Position numbers and translations under genes: made by a program. 64,000 nt of DNA from Hyaloraphidium curvatum SAG 235-1 (taxonomy: Eukaryota > Fungi > Monoblepharomycota): positions 372,001 to 436,000 of the forward strand of contig JAIVFI010000037.1 of NCBI GenBank assembly GCA_025558095.1, written 5' to 3'. Below the pieces are notes generated by a model. That model was not told the origin of the DNA. It did not search any database and saw only the letters and a program-made list of their open reading frames with translations. This document shows positions 22,867 to 33,874 of this stretch, piece by piece. The stretch's first letter is position 1; every line of letters starts with the position of its first letter.

Positions 22867-24171
22867 TCACACGATGTTGCGCTCGAACTCCTTCCTCCCC
22901 TCGGCCACCCTCGTCACCGCGAACCTAGACAGGTCCAGGTCCACGTACTTGCCGTGCACCAGCAGCTCCGCCACCGCCCTCCCCTGCGCCGGGGAATGCT
23001 GCAAGCCGTGCCCCGACGACCCCGCCGACACCACCAGGTTGTCCAGATGCGCGGGGCGGCCGATCAAAAGGTTGTGGTCGTGTGCGTTGACCTCGTACCA
23101 CCCCGCCCACGCGGACTGCAGGCGCAGCTCGGCAAACGCGGGGACGCGCGCGGCGAGGAGGGGCCACACCCTGTCGTTGAAGTAGTCGGCGTCGGCCTGG
23201 CTGTCCGCCGCGAAGCTCGACACGTCGTCCGGGTCGAAATCGGGGTCCTCGTCCTCGGGCGGGGACAGGCCGCCGATAAAGGTGTCCGGGAACCCCTCGC
23301 GGCGGAAGTACACCCCCGTCGGGTCGATCAGCAGCACGTTGCGGGTGACGTCGGCGCGCTGCTGCGGTGTGTGCGACGCGAAGCCCGGTGCTTTCCAGAC
23401 GTAGACCACGCGGCGCCGGGCAAAGACGGGGAGCTCGAACCCCGCGCGGGCGGCGAGGGGGCGGGACCACGCGCCCGCGGCCAGCACGGCGTGGGTGCAG
23501 TCCAGCCTAGACTCCTTGCCCGCGGGGTCGCGCACGACGACGAACTTGACCTCCCTCCCGGAGACGTCAAAGTCCACCGCGCCAGCGCGGACGAACTCGA
23601 CGCCCAGCTGCGCGCACCGCTCCCTCAGGCGGGCGCAGAGCATGTGCGCGTCGAGGAAGCCCTCGTCCGCGAGGCCCAGCGCGCCGGCGGTGAGGTCGTC
23701 CGCAGAAAGCCAAGGGAAGCGGGCGGCGAGCTCGACGGGAGAGTCGAGGAGGGCGACGCGGGCCCCGGCGGCCCGTTGCACCTGCTCGTTCTCGCGGAGG
23801 ACCGCGGCGCCGTCTGCCGAGCCGGCCAGGAAGAGATATGCGCCGTCCCGCCACCACGGTGCCCGTGATTGCTGGCTTTTTGGTTGCCTGGGGTCCCCGG
23901 TAGCCGTCACAGAGAGCTCCATCGACGCGTCCGGCTTCGACAGGAACCGCGACGACCGCACGCTCATTGCCACGTTCTCCGGCAAGGAAAACTGCACGCG
24001 ACACGATGCGGCACTCCTTAAAGAGGAAGCCCTCTCGCCGGCCGGGCCGTCGGGGTCCACGATTCTGATCCTCCGGGGGCCGGGCGCGAGCAGCGCGAGG
24101 TGCAGGGCCGAGAAGAGGCCGACCGCCCCGCTCCCGCAGATCACCACGTCGAGCGCCTTCCGGGACGCCAT
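22867..24171 (-). CDS. FAD-dependent oxidoreductase, FOXRED1/DAO family
   Basis: DVVICGSGAVG, RVQFSLPEN, EGFLD, VLAAGAWS, LQSAWAGWYEVN, SGHGLQHSPA.GRAVAEL, ERNIV. Confidence 0.9.
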   Translation of the reverse strand: MASRKALDVVICGSGAVGLFSALHLALLAPGPRRIRIVDPDGPAGERASSLRSAASCRVQFSLPENVAMSVRSSRFLSKPDASMELSVTATGDPRQPKSQQSRAPWWRDGAYLFLAGSADGAAVLRENEQVQRAAGARVALLDSPVELAARFPWLSADDLTAGALGLADEGFLDAHMLCARLRERCAQLGVEFVRAGAVDFDVSGREVKFVVVRDPAGKESRLDCTHAVLAAGAWSRPLAARAGFELPVFARRRVVYVWKAPGFASHTPQQRADVTRNVLLIDPTGVYFRREGFPDTFIGGLSPPEDEDPDFDPDDVSSFAADSQADADYFNDRVWPLLAARVPAFAELRLQSAWAGWYEVNAHDHNLLIGRPAHLDNLVVSAGSSGHGLQHSPAQGRAVAELLVHGKYVDLDLSRFAVTRVAEGRKEFERNIV

Positions 24172-24338
24172 CGCGTGTTTTCGCTGCACGCAGGCCGATC
24201 GACGCGTTCCCGGGTGACGGATGCTCGACGCGACGCGTCCCGCGACGCCGATCGCCCGCCTGATCGACCTTCGCCCCCCGCCGGCCACCCGCACCCCACA
24301 CTTATCTGGCTGTCTCCCGCGGCGCCCCCGCTGCGGAC

Positions 24339-25579
24339 ATGGCCGCCCCCGCGCCCGTCGCAGATGACCCGCCGAAGAAGGCCGCGGCGGCGGCGCAGGC
24401 CGAACCCCCCGACTGGAAGGTGCTGCTCGACCCCACGGAGCTGGTCCCAATCGGGACCTGCGTTGCCGGTGCGCTGTCGCCCGCCGTCCGGCCCCTTCTC
24501 CGTCCATTTATCGGGACATTTCCGCGCAGCCGTGATCGCGTTCAACCGCTCCGAGTACGGCAAGGCGTGGTACCGCAAGTGGTTCGAGAAGATCCCCAAG
24601 GACGAGAAGCTGGCCAAGTTCCTGCTCATGAAGGTCACGGGCGACGTGGCCAACCCGATCCTATGGGGATTCAGCGCCTTCTTCACGCTCGTCGACATCA
24701 TCCGGCCCAAGTTCTTCTGGGACCGCCGCGTGCAAAAGATCGAGCCCCCCTCGCTTTGGCGCTACGCCCGCGTGTTCGCCATGTCCCTGCTCCTGCAGGG
24801 CCTGGTCAACGACAAGTTTCTGCAGCCGCGGCTGGTCTGGCCCGCGTTCCTGTGGCGCAAGGGCGCCGAGAAGGCGCGGCAGATCCCGACGGCGCTGCAG
24901 ACGCTCAAGGAGTTTGCCGTGATCTGGATGGCGTTCGATTTCCTCTACTACATCTTCCACGCCAAGATCATGCACAACAAGTACATCTGTGGGTTGATTC
25001 CCCGGGAACGCTCGGCCGCCCTGACCTCCGCCCGGCAGACAAATGGGTCCACAAGGCGCACCACGAAGCCACCACTCCCTGTGCGTTCCACCCCTTCCCG
25101 CCCCGCGATCCCTCTTACCGCCCCTCCTCCGCAGTCGTCGTCTCGGCGTACTACCAGGCCCCCGGCGAGATCGTCCTCGAGCAGGTGGCCAGCGCCCTCG
25201 TCCCCGCGCTGGTCCCCGTGCACCCGAGCACATACTGGGCCTGGGTGGCCTACAGGGTCTTCGACGGGATCATGAGCCACTGCGGGTACAACCTGCCGCT
25301 GTTCGCCATCCAGCCTTGGCACGACTACCACGTGGGTCCCCCTGTGCCGCCCGGCCCGCTTCCCGTCGCTGATTGCGGCGTGGGCAGCACCGCACCTTCG
25401 AATCCTGCTACGGCGTCACACCCGGCTTCCCCATCTGGGACTACGCTTTCGGCACTCACCGGAAATTCATGCCCTGGCTGCGCAACTACAAGAAGACGCA
25501 CCACTGGCTCACGCACGCGAGGATAGAGGAGGACGGGAAGGGGTTCAAGGACGACGAGGTGGGGGGGGAGCACCAGTGA
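24339..25579 (+). CDS. Sterol desaturase / fatty-acid hydroxylase superfamily protein (multi-exon)
   Basis: His boxes YYIFHAKIMH, KWVHKAHHE, SHCGY, HDYH|H, and WDYAFGT. Confidence 0.88.
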
Positions 25580-25702
25580 GGGGTTCGGGAAGGGTGTTGG
25601 AGAGGAGGTTTGGAGGCCGATGTGTTCCGAGAAAGTCTTTTGTGTTCGTCAACACGCCGTCTTCCATCATCACTGACGCCGCTGGAGGAAAAGCAAAACA
25701 GG

Positions 25703-26854
25703 ATGTCGGCCAACCGCCCCGAATCCTCCGGATGGCCGCCGGAAACGGTCGACTACTTTGCCGACCGCGCTTGTGCGTTCCTCGGCGCCGCGGAGGTCGC
25801 CATGGACGCGCTGTTCTCCTTTGCGGGGCGCCCGGCGCCCGCGGACAAGGAGGCTTTCGACGCGGCCGCGGAAAACGCCTGGAACGCCACCATGGACGCG
25901 GTCATGGCGCTGTACACGTTGCAGGATCCGGGCCGCTTCGCACCGCAAACGTGGGCCGCGCGTCTGGGATCCGTGCCTCAAGGGCCGGCGCCGGGGCACC
26001 TTACAGGGAGGGCGGCGCTCCGCATCTTCCGGGAGAAGTGGCACGTTCTGCGGAGGGCGATCGGCGAGTTTTCCGGGAAAGCATCGTCCGCGCGCCGAGC
26101 AGCTTGGGGAGCCGTCGGCACGGCCGAGCCCCCGCACGATGCTCTCGGCAGGCCCGCCCTGGACGCCACCCGCGGGTACAATGGCACGTTCGGTGTGCTC
26201 GCACTCGATGCGCTATCCATGCTCAAGACCATGTCGCTTCAATCCCGCCCTGTGCGTCGCCGCCTCGCCGAGTGTCCCGCTTGGCTCGATGACGTGGCAC
26301 AGTGCGCTCTGATCTTGCCCGATTTCTGGGAATTCTTCTTCGCCCGCTTTGCAGGACCCTTAGATGGCTCATCGGAGTCGCGTGCGGGGCAGGTCGGTTT
26401 CGACCTCGATGTGACGGTCGGTCTTCTATGCTCCGTCTTGAACGACAATCCGCGGCCTTGGTTTGCGCATACCCGCGCAACCGAAGAAGCCGGAACCGTT
26501 TCTGCTGCATCTGTTTTAATCCGCGGCTTGAATCGGATCTGGGAGACCTACCAGCACTACGCTCAGAATCGCGCGGAAGGAGGCGCAAAGGTGTCGAACC
26601 TTGTGGCTTCGATTGGCTTCTACGCCGAAGTCCTCGACATCGCCACCCGAAAGAAGACCGGTCCCTCCGGCCGCGACATATGGACGATTGGGGATCGGGC
26701 AGATGGGGACATGCCCGACGGATGCGACCGGTGCGGCGCGGAAGGGGAGCCCCTGCTCCGCTGCTCGGGCTGCAAGGTTACCCGCTACTGCGGGACTGCG
26801 TGCCAGCGCGAAGCTTGGAAGGAGCACAAGGCGATCTGCAGGCAGTGGACTTGA
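25703..26854 (+). CDS. MYND zinc-finger protein
   Basis: C-terminal CDRC...LLRCSGCKVTRYCGTACQREAWKEHKAIC. Confidence 0.9.
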   Translation: MSANRPESSGWPPETVDYFADRACAFLGAAEVAMDALFSFAGRPAPADKEAFDAAAENAWNATMDAVMALYTLQDPGRFAPQTWAARLGSVPQGPAPGHLTGRAALRIFREKWHVLRRAIGEFSGKASSARRAAWGAVGTAEPPHDALGRPALDATRGYNGTFGVLALDALSMLKTMSLQSRPVRRRLAECPAWLDDVAQCALILPDFWEFFFARFAGPLDGSSESRAGQVGFDLDVTVGLLCSVLNDNPRPWFAHTRATEEAGTVSAASVLIRGLNRIWETYQHYAQNRAEGGAKVSNLVASIGFYAEVLDIATRKKTGPSGRDIWTIGDRADGDMPDGCDRCGAEGEPLLRCSGCKVTRYCGTACQREAWKEHKAICRQWT

Positions 26855-27153
26855 CGCGACTCGTGCCGCTAGTTTGCGGCCGGCACTGATGGGGTTTGGT
26901 GAGATGTTGGAGGGCGGGGGAGGCCGAGGTGTACTGGTTCGATCCCTGCGCACGCCCAGAAGGCGAACGAAGTGCCTTTCTACGTTTTCCTGACTACCGC
27001 CACTGACGCCGAGGATTCTGGAACCCCCCTTCGCTTCGGGTTCGGTCGGGGTCCAGCGGGGTCCGTCGCACAGCCACTTCCCCCGAAGCTCCGGTTTGTT
27101 TCTGTCACGCCGTGCATCCCGCCATTCCCACCTACCAGCCCTCCATACCCGCG

Positions 27154-28121
27154 ATGGTCGCCGTGCACTTCACCGCCTTCGAGCCGCGCGACGGCATGGG
27201 CCCCGAGCTGGGCACCACCCTCGCCACGCTCGCGTCGAAGCTCAACGCCGCAGGCGTCCCCGGGCTCGGCCGCGCGTGGGCCGGCGTGCCGACGTACAAC
27301 GCGGACAGGGCGGCGCCGTACACCCATGGTGCGTACCCGCGTACTGGGGCCGGGATCGGGACGGGCCAGCTCATCGTTCCTGCGACCATCCTGCCTACCA
27401 GTGCTCTACATCCAGGCCGACAGCAAGCTCGCCCTCGACGACTACGAGAAGGACGAGGGGGCCGGCGGCAAGATCCGCGCTGCCGTCGCCGAGGCCATCG
27501 GGAAGTGCACCAAGGAGGCCCTGGTCGCGTCCTTCGAGCCTGAGCACCACGCCAAGGCCGGGCAGCTGATCCACCTCGTGGCCTTCGAGGTCAACCCCGC
27601 GCAGCAGGGCAAATGGTCGGCCTGAAGCCGGCTTGTAGCTGGAAAAGGCCGAATTCGCTGATCCGGGCGCTTCCGCTCGCGCAGGACCGAGGGCGCCGAG
27701 ATCGTCGAGAAGAACTCGGTCAAGGGCTCCGGGAAGCTGCCCGTGAAGGTCCTCTACGCCGGTCCGGTGACGGGCAAGGGCAACAAGCACGTGAACCACG
27801 GTGGGAAGGCGCGCCCGTTGGCACACCACCCGGATCACTGATCGTGATCGCCAGTGCTGTTCACCGAGTTCGAGTCCAAGGACGCCCTGGACAAGTACAG
27901 CCCGGCGCCGGAACACCACAAGGCCGCGCACGAGTACCTCCTCCCCGCCTCCAACAGTGGGTCCCCCGGCCGGGCACCACGATCCGTGCTGATCACCCTG
28001 CCGTCCAGGGGCCACGGTCAAGGCGTTCGACTTTGTGCCCGTGGACACACCCGTGGCCGGCGCCGAGGCGCTGCTTTCCGATCAGGACGGGGCCTGGGTG
28101 GTGGATGCCAAGATGAAATAG
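27154..28121 (+). CDS. Tandem Dabb (stress-responsive A/B barrel) protein, multi-exon
   Basis: VHFTAF...YTH|VLYIQADS..ALDDY and IHLVAF...NH|VLFTEFESKDALDKY.PAPEH; four short introns. Confidence 0.7.
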
Positions 28122-28197
28122 AGCGCGGGGGCGATCTGCTGCGGCCTCTACTCTGAATGATTGATCTCAGTCTCTACTCTGGATGATTGGTCTCAAC

Positions 28198-29234
28198 TCA
28201 AGTGCCAAAGTCGAACTTGACATTCGCCCACTCCTCGCTCTTGTCGAACACCTCCTTCATCAGCGCGGCGTCCTTCGCCAGCGGCTGCTCGTCATTCACG
28301 GCCGGGTACCCGGAGACCTTGGGCCCGCCAGGCAACCCCCACTCGGGCCCGATGTAGCTGTTCCTGGGGCACTCGGGGGCCGCGCAGGCAAACACCTGCG
28401 GCAGCGCGCCCATCTCCACCGACTGCGCCACGAACCGGTTCAGGAAGCCCCAGACGTAGTACATAACAGTCCGATTGCCGAGCCCATTGAACTGGAGGTT
28501 GGTCGCAGTGTATCCGGGGTGTGCCGCGACGCAGAAAAGTTTCGAGGCCTCGCGGCCCCCGGCGGCGTCGTCGGCGCGACGCTGAAGCTCGTGGGTGAAC
28601 AGCAGGTTGCACAGCTTCGACGTTGCGTAGGGCATGAAGTAGTCGTAGGGGTCAAAGTACGGGATCCTCTTCATGTCTTCAGCTTTGGGCCACTCGCTGT
28701 AGCCCGAAGCAATGTTGACGACGCGGGGGGAGTCGGAGGCCATGAGCAGCGGTAGGAGGTGCGCGGTGAGCGCAAAGGGGCCGATGTGGTTCGTGCCGAA
28801 CTGGTACTCGAAGCCATCCTTGGTCAGCCTGCGGTTGGGAATGTGCATGATCTAAAAGGGGAGGGATCAGGCGCTGACTCTGGTGAAGTCACGAGGAAGC
28901 CCACCCCGCCGTTGTTGCACAGGATGTCGAGCGACTTCCATTCCTTGGCGACGGTCGCGGCAAATGCCTTGACCGACGCGAGGTCCGCTAGATCCAGCGT
29001 GCCCTCCGTGACCAACTTTGCGTCCGGCACTTTGGCCCGGATCTCGTCTGCAACGGCCCGCGCCTTGTCCGTGCTGCGGCACGCGAGCCACACCTCCGCA
29101 CCCTTGCGAGCGAGCTGGAGCGCGGTTTCAAGGCCGAGGCCGGAGTTTGCTCCGGTGACAACGGCTCGTTTGCCGGCCAGCGACGGGAGGCAATCGGTCG
29201 TCCACTTTGGCGGGACAGCGGGAGCGGCAGACAT
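28198..29234 (-). CDS. Short-chain dehydrogenase, retinol-DH/WWOX-like
   Basis: [42 protein letters not shown]; one intron at about 28852-28905. Confidence 0.92.
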
Positions 29235-29531
29235 TGCGATAGAAGGGCCGTGCACGTTGGCACGTGGGGCGTGCAGGAACGGAAGATGCACGAGATTCGA
29301 TTGCGTCGTTTTCTTGTCGTGCAGTCCGAGATGGAATGTTCCCGGGCGAGAGGAATCTTCCTTGCTTCCCGCGGGCTGGTGAAACGATCCGCCGGCCGAT
29401 TCATCGCGATTATACCGCCTACACTGAATCGTCATGAAGGCCAACTACGCACCGCAATCCCCTGCTCCGAAGAAATAGACATGGTTCCCTTTCCTGCGTC
29501 CCCCAAGCGCGTGCAGCGTTCCGCAACTGCG

Positions 29532-30941
29532 TTACTCTCCGCACACACTGAGCCTCTCCAACCTCCGAAGCCGCGGCAACCAATCCTGCAGCAGCTCCGC
29601 TTCCCATTCTCCGACCGTGGGTCCGCAGATAATGGCGTCGCGAAGCCTCGGCATCCCGGCCAGGGTCCTCAGCAGCCCCTCAGTCACCCCGCACTCGACT
29701 TCGAGCTCCTCCAATCCCGACGAGGCCGCGAGCATCTTGAGCACAGATGCGAGCTCGAGGTACCCGGTCCCGAGCGTGAGCTTCCGCAGCTTGGAGGGCC
29801 AGCCGGCGAGCAGCACATCCGCAGGGTCGACATCGAGCTCCACGCCTGGATGCTGGAAGGAGCTTTCTTCAAGTATCAGCTCCGACAGGTTCGGGTTGCG
29901 GCCTAGCAGGCCCGCGAGCGACACAAAGTCGTTGTTCTCCGGCGAAGCCGAGACGTGGAGGCGCTCCAGGTTGCCAGTGTCAAAGAGGTCGGCCCAAGAC
30001 GCGTCGATGTACCATCGAAAGTTGTCGTACGGCTTCACGAGCTCAAGGGACCGCAGCGTCGCCGTGGACGGGTTGAAGCGGTACTGCCGGCGAATCCGAA
30101 GCCAGTCCTCCGTGTCGAATCCGTCGTGGATCTCAAGACGAAGGTGCTCCAGTGACTTGAGACACTGAAGAATCTCCGCAAGGTGGATTCCAAGGAAAAC
30201 AGCGCCCTCGTTGACGTGTATGGTGAGCGAACGAACAGTCGCGGGTATGTCACCGGCGATTTTGCCGCACCATCGGTCGGACAGGCCTTCGATGTGCAGG
30301 CGCAGAACGACGAGGGAGTGCATCTCGCGCAGCAAACCCAGCGCGGGCTCGCCGGCCCCGTTGGATGCGATCGCCATTTCGGCGCGAAGGACGCTGCGGC
30401 CCAACATCGACGAGCCGAGCTGCGGAAGGTCCCGCTGCGCGCGCATGGCCGCGAGCTGGTACCAGCTCGGGTAACGGCCCTGGTCCACCGGCCGCGGCTG
30501 TTACGGCCAGCTGCAAGCGCCAAAGCCCGAGTCGACGGCCGTGTCGGTGAAGACCAGGGCGCGGCAGGCTTCCCCGTAGATCGCACCCCGTGGCGACGAG
30601 AGGCCCGGGACGAACGATTGCAGATCCGACGTCTGGATGTGCCTCCAAAGGCGCGGCGCGGCCGCCGCGAACACGTCCTGGCTGACCGTGAGCAGCGGCA
30701 GCAGCGCCGCCCGGCCGGGCGAGCAGCGGCAGTTCGATTCGTGGCGGAGATCCTTGCACGCGTCGAGGGTCAGGGGACACGGGAGGAGCGCGCTGGAAAG
30801 GAGGGGACATGAATACCGCGAGAACGGGGAAGACCGGTGCACGCACTCGACGATGCGGCCCCAAATTTCGGGTGGCAGACACGTCCTTTCGCGCTGCGTG
30901 ACGACCGCCTCGACACTCGGGCCCGTCACCGGGTTCTCCAT
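29532..30941 (-). pseudogene. F-box/LRR (RNI-like) protein with in-frame TAA at 30501
   Basis: LPPEIWGRIVECV and LRR-like LxxLxL units; WP*QP aligns with WPYQP in the paralog. Confidence 0.7.
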
Positions 30942-31219
30942 GGCTTGGGCCGCGATGACGTGCGGGCAACCGAGTCGCGCTTCTTCGGGTCTTCGACGAC
31001 CTTCTCCCGCGCAAACTGCTCCTCCGCTCCAACAGCTCTGTGCAATACGTCTTGCACCGCGGCGATGCGCCGGGTAGACGCCCGTGGAAGAGCTTCTCCG
31101 AGCACCTTTCGCGCGGGACGCATGTCACGTCACGCCTGGTTCAATCACTTCTATCGAGGCTACAATCAATGTATGCGACTCCGATTGCGACTTTCGACTC
31201 CATCTAGCAATCCAAGCCA

Positions 31220-32101
31220 TCAGGCGAACTTCGCCAACGCCACATCGACCATCTCCTGCGCCAGTGCCACCAGCCTCTCCTGCCTCTCGGCGTCCAACAC
31301 AAAGTCGGACGCCCCGAAAGGCCCGTTCCTGTCCGCGAACCCCCCTTCCCCCAGCCCCTCGTCCAGCAGCAGCCTCGCGACGTCCGCGGCGGCCTGGTCC
31401 GCCGACCGCGTCCACGGCGCGAAGAAGGGCGCGAGGCCGTACCTCACCACGGCGGGCAGCTCCCTGCGAATGTCCGTGTCCACCGCCCCGGGCCCGTAGC
31501 CCCACGCCGGGCTGCCCGTGCGGTTCATCCGCGCGGCCCAGATGTCGTTTGCCAGCTGAGCAGCCCCGTGCGCGGACATCCCGGTGCCCACTCCGGCGAC
31601 ATCACGAAACTCGTTGCTGGCGTACGAGGGAACCTGACGCGCCGATGCGGCGATCACCACGGTCCTCGCCCCATCGGCGAGCGCGATCCGCGAGTGGATG
31701 GCGAACCGCGAGAGGAACGAAGAGGCAAAGTTGGCGTCCAGCCCTTCGTCCGTCGTGCGCGCCGAGGGGATGAGTGTGCCGAGCGAATGCACCACACCAG
31801 CGAACGGCCTCCCTTGCGCAGCCCTGCCCGCCTCCTCCGCCATCCTCGAAGCCTCCTTCATCTCCTTGGCATCCCCGAGCACCACGTGCAGCTTTCCCGG
31901 GCCGGAGAGGCACCGCTCGAGCAACGCGTCGGCCTTGTCCCTGCTCCGCCCAACGACGACCACGTCGTGGCCCGCGGCGACGAGCTGCAAGGCGAGGGCG
32001 GCACCGATTCCGCTGGTGGCCCCCGTAACGAGAACGGGGCCCTTGAGAGGGCGGGAGGGGTAGGGCTGCGCGCCCCAGGCGGTGCTTTGCGATTGGCCCA
32101 T
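31220..32101 (-). CDS. Atypical short-chain dehydrogenase, intronless
   Basis: VLVTGATSGIG, DEGLDANFA, PGAVDTDI; YxxxK position reads HGAAQ. Confidence 0.85.
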   Translation of the reverse strand: MGQSQSTAWGAQPYPSRPLKGPVLVTGATSGIGAALALQLVAAGHDVVVVGRSRDKADALLERCLSGPGKLHVVLGDAKEMKEASRMAEEAGRAAQGRPFAGVVHSLGTLIPSARTTDEGLDANFASSFLSRFAIHSRIALADGARTVVIAASARQVPSYASNEFRDVAGVGTGMSAHGAAQLANDIWAARMNRTGSPAWGYGPGAVDTDIRRELPAVVRYGLAPFFAPWTRSADQAAADVARLLLDEGLGEGGFADRNGPFGASDFVLDAERQERLVALAQEMVDVALAKFA

Positions 32102-32389
32102 ATCGCTTGCTGCACGGTCGGCGGAACCACGAACGGAGCTTGGAAACGAGCTGCTCCGGACGTGCTGCTTGTAGGCGGCGACGCGCAAGCTCGGAGTCCG
32201 TGCGTCATGCCACGTTGCGTGGCGTTGCGGAGGTTTCGAAAGCAATTACGAGAGAAGGTTGCACCCGTTGGTCTGGAACACACGGCCGGCCGCCGGTCGC
32301 GCCCGGGAGACAATGCAACAACAAAAGCAAATCGGCGGTCGAAATTGCAAGAGCAAGAGAGGGATCCACCAGCATGCAACGTACATCCA

Positions 32390-33874
32390 GCCTCAGCGGT
32401 CGATGACGCCCCCCGCAGTCGCGGCGTGCACTTCTCCAAGGCAGCGAACTGTTCCTTGTCGTCCATGAATACGTCCACCCCTGCCAGCTCTTCCAACACC
32501 CTGAACCTCGGCAGCCATGCCCTGAGCAGCTCCACCTCTTGGGCCCGCACCAGCTGCCCGCGAAGCCGGAGGGCGCGGAGGTGCGGGAGCCGGGCCAGGG
32601 CCCGCAGGAACGCCTCGGTGATGTTAGTATCCACCAGCACCTCCTGAAAGCCGGGCGAGGCGGCGAGCAGGCGCGGCAAGCGAATGCGATCCTCCAATGC
32701 GAGGCCCAGGAGGGTGAACTTCTGCAGCCCGGCGGTCCAGGCGGCGAGCAGAGCAGGAAAGTCCGTGTCGTCCGCAGCGCCCGCCACGTGGGGGAATGAG
32801 CCCTCCAAGTGGAGCTCCTTGAGCCCAGGGTTGCGGCCAATCAAGCTCCACAGGCTGGCGTGACCGCCTTCATCGTCTATGCCCAAGACGCGCAGCTCTT
32901 GGAGGTCGCCGGTGACAAAGAGGTCGGGCCAGGCGGCCCGGATGCTGCTTTGGAAGACCAAGTCGTCCACCTCCTCGATCTCGAGGCACGTCAGCTTTCG
33001 GGTATTGACGGGGGGCAGGCCAGCGATCCGAAGCAAGTCATTTCCATCGAAAGCATCGCGGATCCCGATCCGCAGTCGCTCCAGGCCCGAAAGCCGCCCA
33101 AGAGCCAGCGCCACATGGTACCCACGGAAGCCCGCGCCCTCGGCATGCACCGCCAGCAACCCCGCCGATTCGGGAACACTGGAGGCAATCCTGGCGCACC
33201 ACTCATCCGACAGTCCCTCGATGTGCAGGCGGAGCACCCGCAGGGAGCCCATGCCGGTCAGAATGTGGCACACATGGTCGGCGCCCCTTGCCGAGGCGAT
33301 CGCAAGCTCCGCCCGGGCGATACCGCTCCGCAGCGCAGAAACAATAGGAACGCCCATGGACGAGGACTCCACCGAGCACAAGGTCGGAAACCGACCCTGC
33401 GCGACAGGGAGCGGTTGGTAGGGCCACCTTGAGTAATCAGACAAGTAGATCGAGTCGATGTTGAGTGCCGTATCAGTGAAGAAGAGGGCACGGCAGGCCC
33501 CATAGTAAATGTCACAGCGCGGAGATGCGAGGGCCGGGATGAGCGACTGCAAGTCCGAGGTCCGGATGTGCGGCCACAGGCGACGGGCGGCGGTCTCGAA
33601 GAGGTCCCGGCTGGCCGTCAAGAGCGAGAGAAGCGTGGCCCTGTCGGTAAAGCAGCTGCACCATATTTTGCTACGCAAGTCTCTGCACGCTTCGCCGGTC
33701 AGGGAGCACGGGAGCAGGGCACTGGAGGCCAGGACGTCGGGGATGAGCTGGCGTTCCGAGAGGTGTGAACAACACGCACTCGACGATCTGCCGCCAAATC
33801 TCGGGCGGGAGACGCGTCTTTTGCTGCTCGGTGTCCGTTGCATGCTCGCCGGCCGGCGTTCCGGGGGTCTCCAT
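32390..33874 (-). CDS. F-box/LRR protein, paralog of 29532-30941 (frameshift near 33770; 3' end uncertain)
   Basis: RLPPEIWRQIVECV in one frame, then SSALLPCSLT...RLWPHIRTSDLQS...LRLHIEGLSD shared with the paralog. Confidence 0.7.
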
